A stretch of DNA of 64,000 bases from NCBI GenBank assembly GCA_902786265.1, contig CADACE010000025.1, forward strand, positions 4,950 through 68,949, in the 5' to 3' direction. Shown here piece by piece: positions 28,625 through 37,017 of the stretch. Origin of the DNA: an uncultured Chloroflexota bacterium (GTDB lineage: Bacteria > Chloroflexota > Anaerolineae > Anaerolineales > Anaerolineaceae). The notes under the pieces are model-generated. The model was given only the letters and a program-made list of their open reading frames with translations. It made no database searches and was not told the DNA's origin. The translations under genes and the position numbers were made by a program. Numbering within the stretch: position 1 is the stretch's first letter; each line of letters begins with the position of its first letter.

Positions 28625-30139
28625 TTAATCAGTGCCGGCTCCTGACAATTGTTCTGCTTCTTCTTCGGTTCTGAGGCGGACCGTGTTTTTATGGTAGTAG
28701 CGTGCCATTGCCTGGTTCCGCCAGTCATCCGGATGTTCCGTGATGTCATCAAAGAACAGGATAAAGGGCTTCTTTCTCGGGTATTCCCGCAAGACGGCAT
28801 CTGTGATCTCCGGGTTTTCCAATATCTCAAGCCGCTGGTTATAGATGTGCTTATACATACCGATCTGTCCCAGCTTGTAAGACTGCAGCGCGGAATAGGA
28901 TGTGATGCGGTAGGACGGATAATTGATGGTGCCGACCAGGAAGATGAACACGATTCCTGCCAGATATCCGAGGCTCAGCCTGAACTTGTTTTTGCCGATA
29001 TACTTCAGGCTGTTTTTGGAAAGCCATCCGAACCAGTAAAAGATGTTGATCACAAACAGGATGAGCATCGCGTAATAACGGATGTTTTCCACCCGTCCGG
29101 GAGTTGCCTCAATGCCGCCGTAAAGGGTCGGGGCATCCATCGCGGCAAACAGACAGAATGAATAAAGGCTGACAAGCCACGGATATTTGAATGAATACGC
29201 TGACCCTGACGCTGTTTTCCATAATAACGGGCACAGCAGAAGGTATAAGGCGAGTACGGGAATGCGGTTCCATGTCGAGATCTGTGTGATAGCAAGCACA
29301 AAGGACTCCCTGACCGCTTTGACGATCCCGACCTGTTCCGGGGCAAGGGTCTGACGATGGTCAAGGCCGGGAGCTGAGATGTTGACGAAAAAAGCAGCTC
29401 CGAAGAGGAGTATCGGCAGGATGAGATTCTTCCATCTTTTATTTTTTGTCAGGATCAGCAGCCCCAGCATGGAGATAAGCAGGATCGCGGTCACCAGGGA
29501 GGTGATATAGTTGCAGAACGCGATGAGGACGCAAAGCAGGCAGATCAGGATCTGTTTCCCGGCTGATCCTTTTCCCTCAGGCGTTCTGGCAACACGGATG
29601 ATCAGTCCGTAAAGGATCAGGGATATGCCGAAAAAGAATGTGTAATAGAGAGAGCCGTTGTACCAGTAAAAAGCCTGAACAGGTGAAGGAAGAAACTGCG
29701 TGCACGCGATGAGCAGACTGAGCGCGATTATGAAATGTTGGTGCTTTTCAGCTGAAAAAATGCTGAACAATGTATGGATAAAAAAGCATACCCCGACAGT
29801 AAGGGCGGTCAGCATGATATACGGCACAAAAGCATAGTACTGTTCTCCGAAAGAAGCCGGCATGAGGGCGAAAAGAAAAACGGCAGCGGCTGAGCCCTGT
29901 GTACTGAAATACGCGTCTTTGACGCTTTCCGCTGCTCCCTGTAAAATGTCCTTCAGGCTTCCGTTATTCATTACAGCATCGTGGACACGGTAGCCAAATG
30001 AATAATCATCTGCGCAGGGGACGTTCCATTTTCCTACGTAAAGCAATGGGAATATCAGCAGGCAAAAGACGACCAGCAGCAGGATCAGCAGCATTTTGTA
30101 TGATATTGTATACTCGAAAATTTTTCGCAGATTTTGCAC
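28625..30139 (-). CDS. DUF6056-like putative GT-C, paralog 3
   Basis: KWNVPCADDY, QAFYWYNGSLYY, FFDDITEHPDDWRNQ. Confidence 0.75.
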   Translation of the reverse strand: MQNLRKIFEYTISYKMLLILLLVVFCLLIFPLLYVGKWNVPCADDYSFGYRVHDAVMNNGSLKDILQGAAESVKDAYFSTQGSAAAVFLFALMPASFGEQYYAFVPYIMLTALTVGVCFFIHTLFSIFSAEKHQHFIIALSLLIACTQFLPSPVQAFYWYNGSLYYTFFFGISLILYGLIIRVARTPEGKGSAGKQILICLLCVLIAFCNYITSLVTAILLISMLGLLILTKNKRWKNLILPILLFGAAFFVNISAPGLDHRQTLAPEQVGIVKAVRESFVLAITQISTWNRIPVLALYLLLCPLLWKTASGSAYSFKYPWLVSLYSFCLFAAMDAPTLYGGIEATPGRVENIRYYAMLILFVINIFYWFGWLSKNSLKYIGKNKFRLSLGYLAGIVFIFLVGTINYPSYRITSYSALQSYKLGQIGMYKHIYNQRLEILENPEITDAVLREYPRKKPFILFFDDITEHPDDWRNQAMARYYHKNTVRLRTEEEAEQLSGAGTD

Positions 30140-30310
30140 GTCAAAAGTCCTTTAGAGTAAGTGTAAAAGGATTCAGAAGCCAGGGGCCGGAAAAGGCTGC
30201 TTTGATGACATTCTCTGAATAACTGCCTATATTTTATCATATTACGCTGCTGCGGTTCCCATAGTTCCCGGGGAGATTACCGGCGCGGGGCGGGCTTAAA
30301 ATGACATCGG

Positions 30311-30336
30311 GGACCGGATCGAGGGGCCTGTACCCC
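30311..30336. repeat. Short GC-rich intergenic repeat, copy 2 (REP-like)
   Basis: ggaccggatcgaggggcctgtacccc; 23/26 identical to 9772-9797. Confidence 0.5.
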
Positions 30337-30458
30337 AGGCGGGAATGGCGCTGAAAGCCCTGTAAACAGCCAATTATCAGCGTTTTCTTAGATATCCGTT
30401 AATTTTCTGATTTGATCCGGGATATAGTGTAAAATGTTATTGAAAGGAAATTAAGAAA

Positions 30459-31580
30459 ATGCTTGTTTTACAGTTTATACTCGCTTTTGGTGTGATGCTG
30501 TTCCTGCATGAATTCGGGCACTTTATTGTCTCCAAGGCGTTTGGAATTGAAGTTGAAGAATTTGGGTTTGGAATGCCTCCGCGTATATGTAAATTATTCA
30601 CCTGGAAAGGGACTGTTTTTACCCTGAACCTGCTGCCGTTCGGCGCTTTCGTGAAACCAAAGGGTGAATTTGAGGACCCGAGTGATAACAGCCTGCGGGC
30701 TGCCCCGGCGTGGCAGCAGATCCTTGTGCTGCTGGCCGGCCCTGCGATGAATTTCCTCACAGCTGTTGTGCTTTTCACAATTACCATTTTTCAGGTGGGC
30801 GCTCCGGATCCCTCCATTGTGATCCTCGACAAGGTCGAAGCGGGCTCACCCGCGGAAATTGCCGGAATGAAAGCCGGTGATCAGATCATCCGCATCGGTG
30901 ACACCGATATCACCCATTATGATATGGTCTCGGAGACTGTGCAGAAACATCTGGATGAGGAAACCCCCATTCAGGTAAAACGCAATGGGGATATTTATGA
31001 CCTGAGCGTAACTCCGCTTTCCAACCCGCCGGAAGGACGCGGTGCCATGGGAGTGGTCATCACCTACGCGGTGCATGATATCACCTTGCCGCAGGCGGTC
31101 AAGGCCGGTTTTCAGGATATGGCTTATATGACCGAATCCTATCTGACCGGGCTGGGGCAGATCATCACCGGTAAAGTGCAGATGGGCGTTGAATCCATCG
31201 TCGGCCCGGTGGGGATGTATTCCTATTTTTCCGAAGCTGCTGAAATAGATGAAGAGCGTACAGCGGCTATCGAGGAACACAGGGCTGAAATGGAAAAAGC
31301 CGGCGTCAGCAGTGAGATCCGGACTGCCAGCAACTCCAACGGCGCATGGACTTCCCGGCTGACATTTTTCGGATTGATCTCCGTAGCGCTGGGCGTGACG
31401 AATCTTTTCCCGATCCCGGCGCTTGACGGCGGACGCATCCTGTTCCTTCTGCCGGACCTGCTTTTCAAAAAGAAGATCCCGCTCAAGGTGGAAACCGCTT
31501 TCAACGGCGTCTGTATGGCTGTTTTGATGGTATTGATGATCGCCATCATGTTCAAAGATGTATTTATGCTGGCAAGGTAA
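30459..31580 (+). CDS. rseP: RIP metalloprotease RseP (M50, PDZ)
   Basis: HEFGH, LAGPAMN, PDZ GSPAEIAGMKAGD, NLFPIPALDGG. Confidence 0.92.
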   Translation: MLVLQFILAFGVMLFLHEFGHFIVSKAFGIEVEEFGFGMPPRICKLFTWKGTVFTLNLLPFGAFVKPKGEFEDPSDNSLRAAPAWQQILVLLAGPAMNFLTAVVLFTITIFQVGAPDPSIVILDKVEAGSPAEIAGMKAGDQIIRIGDTDITHYDMVSETVQKHLDEETPIQVKRNGDIYDLSVTPLSNPPEGRGAMGVVITYAVHDITLPQAVKAGFQDMAYMTESYLTGLGQIITGKVQMGVESIVGPVGMYSYFSEAAEIDEERTAAIEEHRAEMEKAGVSSEIRTASNSNGAWTSRLTFFGLISVALGVTNLFPIPALDGGRILFLLPDLLFKKKIPLKVETAFNGVCMAVLMVLMIAIMFKDVFMLAR

Positions 31581-31674
31581 TAAAAATATTGATTCGGAAT
31601 GAAGCACATGAGGTCAGTTCTGTGAACGCTTGATGCGCTGCCGGGTACAGTTACAAAAAAGGATAGAAGAGATC

Positions 31675-33042
31675 ATGGCAAATTCTGGCAAAAGAACGAA
31701 TTTTGAAAACGTGTTAAAAATGATCAGCGCGGAACCGGGAAGTGTGTTTAAAAAGCATGCCCGTATGCTTTCGGACCTGACCGCGGAAAAGGCCGCGCAG
31801 CTGCGCAAAGTGCTTGCGGGGCTTTCTGACGGGAAACGAGCGGATTTTTATGAGAATATGTATATTTCTGCCATGGATTCCTTTGAACTCAATTACGCTC
31901 CGATCGCTGAAATCGGGCTTGAGGATACAAACGGGGACGTGCGCGCCGCATCCATACAGGTACTCAGCTTTGAGGATTCCCGGTCGATCGGTGCAAAGAT
32001 CCTGGATGCCGCACAAAATGATCCGTATGAAAAGGCGCAGATCGCCGCTATTCAGATCCTTGGACAGTATATGTTTGAAGCGGCGGTAGAAAACCGTATC
32101 CCTGTCAGCGAAGAAAAACTCTATGCAGCGCTTGAGAAGCTGATCGAATCAAAAAATGAAAATGTCCGCCGTGCGGCTGTTGTTTCCTATGCCATCTCCG
32201 AAAATAATCGTGTGAAGGAAATCATTTCCGGTTATCTTGCGGGAAATGAACGGGAAGAGCTGATCGCCGCACTGACAGCGATCCGTCATTCCATGGGGGA
32301 TGAATGGAACCGGGCTGTTCTTGAACTGGTTCAGCATGAGGATGAGAAAGTCTCCACGGAAGCGATCCGCGCAGCGGGGACACTGCAGCTTCGGGAAGCG
32401 CTGCCTTTTCTTTATGAATTGATTTCACAATTCGACCGCATTTCTCCGGAATTGCTGCTGACAGTTGTGGATGCTGTTGCCGAAATCGGTGATGAAGGGT
32501 CTTTTGACGTTCTGGAAACACTGGGTGAAGCGGCTGTGGATATGGATGAAGAAATCACGGAAGCGATCGATGATGCCATTGACACGTTGAACATGACCAT
32601 CTATCTTAATCCGTCCTATGACGATGATGAAGAAGAAACGGAAGAAATGCCGGAATATGTCCGGGAAAATCTGCAGGAAGCGTTAGACCTTGCGAAAGAC
32701 CGCTGTCTGAGTATCCTCGAGGAGAAAATTCCTCACGACCTTGAGGATGATGAAGCTTTTGATTTAAAGGATGATGAAGATGATGAATGTGAGTGCGGTG
32801 AGCATCACCATCATCACCATCATCATGACCATGATCACCATCATGACAACCCACTGGAAGGAATGGACCTGTCGCGGTTCCGGATCCTGGACGACCTGGA
32901 AAGCTACGAAAAATCCGCTGCACATGACGCGGATGAAGAAGATCTGTGGGCTGAATTTGAAGATATGGCGGAAGAAGATCTCGATGCCGATTCTCTGCAG
33001 GATTTTATCAATAAACTGGAAGCGAGAAAGAAAAAGAAATAG
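31675..33042 (+). CDS. HEAT-repeat protein with acidic, His-rich C-terminal tail
   Basis: Repeats such as DTNGDVRAASIQVL, NENVRRAAV, DEKVSTEAIRAAG; CECGEHHHHHHHHDHDHHHD. Confidence 0.8.
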   Translation: MANSGKRTNFENVLKMISAEPGSVFKKHARMLSDLTAEKAAQLRKVLAGLSDGKRADFYENMYISAMDSFELNYAPIAEIGLEDTNGDVRAASIQVLSFEDSRSIGAKILDAAQNDPYEKAQIAAIQILGQYMFEAAVENRIPVSEEKLYAALEKLIESKNENVRRAAVVSYAISENNRVKEIISGYLAGNEREELIAALTAIRHSMGDEWNRAVLELVQHEDEKVSTEAIRAAGTLQLREALPFLYELISQFDRISPELLLTVVDAVAEIGDEGSFDVLETLGEAAVDMDEEITEAIDDAIDTLNMTIYLNPSYDDDEEETEEMPEYVRENLQEALDLAKDRCLSILEEKIPHDLEDDEAFDLKDDEDDECECGEHHHHHHHHDHDHHHDNPLEGMDLSRFRILDDLESYEKSAAHDADEEDLWAEFEDMAEEDLDADSLQDFINKLEARKKKK

Positions 33043-33073
33043 CAGCCTGTGCTGCTGAATGCAGAAAGCTTTT

Positions 33074-34132
33074 ATGAAAGTCATTGTCGGAATGTCTGGC
33101 GGCGTGGACAGCGCCGTGGCAGCGTTATTACTGAAGGAAGCCGGTCACGAAGTGATCGGCATGACTTTGCGTACCTGGCCGGAAAAAGACGGTGCGGAAA
33201 GCCGCTGCTGCGAAATTGACGACGCGCGGGAAACTGCCCGGATACTGAACATTCCTTACCATGCACCGAACTGCATCGCTGTTTTTGATGAAAAAGTCAA
33301 ACGCCCCTTCTTCAAAGCATACATTGAAGGCCGTACGCCGAACCCCTGCATTGAATGCAACCGCTGTGTCAAGTGGGAACGCATGCTGTATTACGCGGCT
33401 GTGATGGAGGCGGACGCGATCGCTACCGGTCATTATGCCTCGGTCGTGCGGCTTCCGAACGGACGCTGGACGGTCCGGCAGGCCTCTGCCGCCGAAAAAG
33501 ACCAGACCTACATGCTGTACGGACTCACGCAGGACCAGCTTGCGCATACCCTGATGCCGCTCGGAAAGCTGTCAAAGGCTGAGGTCCGGCAAATAGCCGC
33601 TGAGGCAGGGCTTTCGGTCGCTCAGAAACAGGATTCTCAGGAGATCTGCTTTGTGACAGAGGGCTCCTATACCGATTATATCGAGGCGGATCCGGCGCTT
33701 CAGTCACCGGGTGCGGGAAATTTTGTGGCTGAGGATGGCAAAATACTGGGCAGACATCAGGGCATCATCCACTACACGGTCGGGCAGCGCCGGGGGCTCG
33801 GTATCGCTTTGGGAGTTCCCATGTATGTCAAACGGATCAACGCGGAGACGAATGAGGTCGTCCTGTGCGAGGAAGCTTCGCTGTATTCATCTCAGGTCCG
33901 CTGCAGAGCTCTGAATTTCCTGAGCATTTCCGACATAGCGGATGGGGAAACAGTCCGTGCCAGGGTCAAAATTCGCTACCATCATGAGGGCGGAGATGCC
34001 GTCATTACCCGGGACAGCGGGGATACTGTCCGAATCGACTTTGATCGGCCTGTCCGGGCTGCTGCTCCGGGACAGTCCGCTGTTTTTTATGATGAAGACA
34101 ACTGCGTCATCGGCGGCGGCATCATTATATAA
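33074..34132 (+). CDS. mnmA: tRNA 2-thiouridine(34) synthase
   Basis: MSGGVDS, TPNPCIECN, ATGHY, KDQTY, DSQEICF, PGQSAVFY. Confidence 0.96.
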   Translation: MKVIVGMSGGVDSAVAALLLKEAGHEVIGMTLRTWPEKDGAESRCCEIDDARETARILNIPYHAPNCIAVFDEKVKRPFFKAYIEGRTPNPCIECNRCVKWERMLYYAAVMEADAIATGHYASVVRLPNGRWTVRQASAAEKDQTYMLYGLTQDQLAHTLMPLGKLSKAEVRQIAAEAGLSVAQKQDSQEICFVTEGSYTDYIEADPALQSPGAGNFVAEDGKILGRHQGIIHYTVGQRRGLGIALGVPMYVKRINAETNEVVLCEEASLYSSQVRCRALNFLSISDIADGETVRARVKIRYHHEGGDAVITRDSGDTVRIDFDRPVRAAAPGQSAVFYDEDNCVIGGGIII

Positions 34133-34205
34133 ACGCAAATTTAGAATCATCCTGCTGATTATCGGGGAACAGAATAACAAGCTGCAAGGGGAATGAGCCA
34201 AAAAG

Positions 34206-35675
34206 ATGAAACCAGATAAAAAACTATGGAGTAATTATTTTTTTATTCTGATTATTCTGATCGTTTTTATGTGCTTTTTCTCTTCCTCAACAAGTCCATT
34301 ATTTGACAATTGTTATGGGATGGATTCTGCTTATTACCGGTTTATCGGGCTTTCTATTCTGAAAGGAAAAACTCCCTATCTGGATGTTTGGGAAAACAAA
34401 GGTCCTGTTTTTTATCTCATTCAGGCAATAGGTGCATTAAACGGGACAAGAAACGGTAAGATCTCTCTTATCTTTCCAATGCAGATATTTGCATTGGCTG
34501 TTTCAATTTTCTTCCTTGAGCGTATTGATTTTGTCTTTCATGTGAACGGAAAGCGGAGAATGCTCCGGTTTACTCTTTTTATAGTTTGTTCGCTGCCTTT
34601 ATTGGCATTAACTATGGCAGGCGGAAATCTGACAGAAGAGTGGTCCTTACCATTCATCAGCTGCAGTCTTTATTTTTTTGCCAAATATGCGGGAAAAAAC
34701 AAATCGGCAGATAATTCTTTGGAAAGTAAAAACTTTGATCATCCCCGTTCTTACGCCTTTATACACGGCATAAACTTTGCGATGGTGGCTTTTATCCGCA
34801 TTAATAATGCAATTACGATTTGTGCGGGAATTATTGTGATTGGGATCGGATTAATGATCCGGAAACAATGGAAAAATCTGTTTGAAAATTTTTGCTTTGG
34901 ATTAGCAGGAATCACAGTTATTGCTTTTCCTGTTTTTATCTGGTTTCTTTCAAAACATGCATTGGGTGAAATGTTATACGTGAATTACATATATGGTTTC
35001 AAATATGCCGATGTTATCTCACATAATTACCTGTCTGTGCATGATATGATCGTGCGGTTTTTTCCAATGGCACTTAGTTGTCTTTTAATACTGATCCATT
35101 TATTGAAAGAACGTGAAGTACGCCTGATCGATTTTATTTCACTGGCAATTGTTGCAGCTAATACGTGTTTTTTCGTGATTCAAAGCTCCTTTTTACATTA
35201 TTTTACAATTATCATCCCCGTTTTTTTATTTGTGCTGATCATCTATCTAAGACCTGCAGATATACCGGGACTGATACTGATAATTGCATTCTCAGCTTTT
35301 CTTGTTCCGGATTGCAGAAAAATGATCAGTGACTCTTTCAGAGATAATCAAAATCCGGAATTCCCGACGGCAAAATTATATGTTCCGAAATCGGAAAGAA
35401 ATTCAATGATAGCAATTGGTGTGCAGCCTGAAATTTATCTGATAGATGGTATGTTTCCCTGCTCCAGGTTTGCTGCATTTCAATTAGGGTTGTTCTATAT
35501 CGAGCCGAAATTCAAAGATGAATTCATCACATCGCTGGAAACTGAAAAACCTGTTTGGATCGTTGTACCACGTGGGGGAAATCTTCCCTATCCGGATATA
35601 CAAAATATTATTGATACTGAATATTCCGTCAATTTTTCTGAAATTCATTATGCATTTTATCGAAGAAATAATTGA
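34206..35675 (+). CDS. GT-C membrane glycosyltransferase (ArnT/PMT-like)
   Basis: DSAYY..G..ILKGKTPYLDVWENKGP, GNLTEEW, HYF; many TM segments; visibly AT-rich. Confidence 0.75.
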   Translation: MKPDKKLWSNYFFILIILIVFMCFFSSSTSPLFDNCYGMDSAYYRFIGLSILKGKTPYLDVWENKGPVFYLIQAIGALNGTRNGKISLIFPMQIFALAVSIFFLERIDFVFHVNGKRRMLRFTLFIVCSLPLLALTMAGGNLTEEWSLPFISCSLYFFAKYAGKNKSADNSLESKNFDHPRSYAFIHGINFAMVAFIRINNAITICAGIIVIGIGLMIRKQWKNLFENFCFGLAGITVIAFPVFIWFLSKHALGEMLYVNYIYGFKYADVISHNYLSVHDMIVRFFPMALSCLLILIHLLKEREVRLIDFISLAIVAANTCFFVIQSSFLHYFTIIIPVFLFVLIIYLRPADIPGLILIIAFSAFLVPDCRKMISDSFRDNQNPEFPTAKLYVPKSERNSMIAIGVQPEIYLIDGMFPCSRFAAFQLGLFYIEPKFKDEFITSLETEKPVWIVVPRGGNLPYPDIQNIIDTEYSVNFSEIHYAFYRRNN

Positions 35676-36143
35676 AATCAAACCGGCAGAATACTGGTCT
35701 CATGCGATTTCTGTATTTTTATTGCTGCTGAGGTGAATAAGATCCTGTAAAAAATTATTACTGAGATTAATAGAAAATTCCATGAATTATCCGAAAATTC
35801 TCAGATTGCTGAATTGATATTGATTTTCCTGTTCAATCTGCATTGAAGTTTTCGTCTGCTATAAGAGCTCACTTTACATTCCGGAAGGCATGCTTCGCAA
35901 GGCGCGGAGGTTTGAAAGTTCGTGTGATTGCGAAAGCCGCAGCCCGCGCCTGATTTTCGGGGTCCTGCGGCACATATCCCCGCTGTGTATTTGGGCTCTT
36001 TTTCTGACTCACCCGCAAAATGCGGTGGTTGCCTTTTATTCTTTCACCATATCCGTATTCTTCATGCACTTGTGCGTTACTTTTCGTGTTGTATAAAAGC
36101 TGCGTTAATGCGAACTAAGGTAAAATTAAAAGCTTGAGGTTTT

Positions 36144-36308
36144 ATGGAGTATGTGACGGCAACCGCAGCGGCTTATGAGCCCAACCCTTATATCATTGAT
36201 TTACAGCAGCTGGGAAAGTGGACTTTCTTCACACTGCTGGCTTTTATTCTCATTGCCCTGCTGCTGAAAATCTTATTGGATCTGCGCAAATATCATTACA
36301 AGGACTGA
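36144..36308 (+). CDS. Small single-pass membrane protein (54 aa), below the ORF-track cutoff
   Basis: RBS GAGGT 36136-40; MEYVTATAAAYEPNPYIIDLQQLGKWTFFTLLAFILIALLLKILLDLRKYHYKD; ends 13 nt before pth. Confidence 0.6.
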   Translation: MEYVTATAAAYEPNPYIIDLQQLGKWTFFTLLAFILIALLLKILLDLRKYHYKD

Positions 36309-36321
36309 AAGATCATTTTTT

Positions 36322-36969
36322 ATGGACATGGATCAATTTTTTGCTGCCATCCGTGCGCAGCGTGAGAAAAAAGAAGAAGCCGCCGGCGGTGAAATGTACC
36401 TGATCGCCGGGCTCGGCAATCCCGGCCGTGAATATCGCGAAAGCCGGCATAATTTCGGCTTCATGGTGCTTGACCGGCTGGCGGAGCGGCTGAATGTACA
36501 GTTTGACAAAGAACAGCAAAAAGCACTGGTGACGACCGTACCTTATGAAGGCAGGAAGCTTCTGCTCGTCAAACCGATCACCTATATGAATGAGTCCGGC
36601 AGGGCTGTCGTTCCGCTGATGCGGTACTATAAGATCCCGCAGGAACGTCTTTTTGTGATCCATGATGACATGGATCTGCCTTTCGGAACACTGCGGGTCC
36701 GTCCGAACGGGAGCAACGGCGGACAGAAGGGTATGGGATCCATCATTACACAGCTGGGCAGCCAGGACTTCTGCCGTCTGCGCTGCGGGATCGGCCATCC
36801 GCCGGGACAGATGGAAGTTGTGGATTTTGTCCTCAATAAATTTTCCAAAGAGGACAGTGAACTGCTGCCCATAGTGCTGGATAAAGCCGCCTCCTGTGTG
36901 CTGGACTTTGTCACGCAGGGTTATACCTGGTGCATGAACCACTACAACGGCCCGGTCGAAAAAGCGTGA
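36322..36969 (+). CDS. pth: Peptidyl-tRNA hydrolase (start may be at 36394)
   Basis: LIAGLGNPG, SRHNFG, KPITYMNESG, HDDMD. Confidence 0.95.
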   Translation: MDMDQFFAAIRAQREKKEEAAGGEMYLIAGLGNPGREYRESRHNFGFMVLDRLAERLNVQFDKEQQKALVTTVPYEGRKLLLVKPITYMNESGRAVVPLMRYYKIPQERLFVIHDDMDLPFGTLRVRPNGSNGGQKGMGSIITQLGSQDFCRLRCGIGHPPGQMEVVDFVLNKFSKEDSELLPIVLDKAASCVLDFVTQGYTWCMNHYNGPVEKA

Positions 36970-37017
36970 TATCAGAGTACCGGTTTCTGTACAGACCATC
37001 TTATCCGGAGCGGAACA

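Noticed and set aside
35869-36137. Short overlapping ORFs or possible ncRNA upstream of pth
   Set aside because: No RBS or motif support, and no recognisable SRP, RNase P, tmRNA or 6S signature
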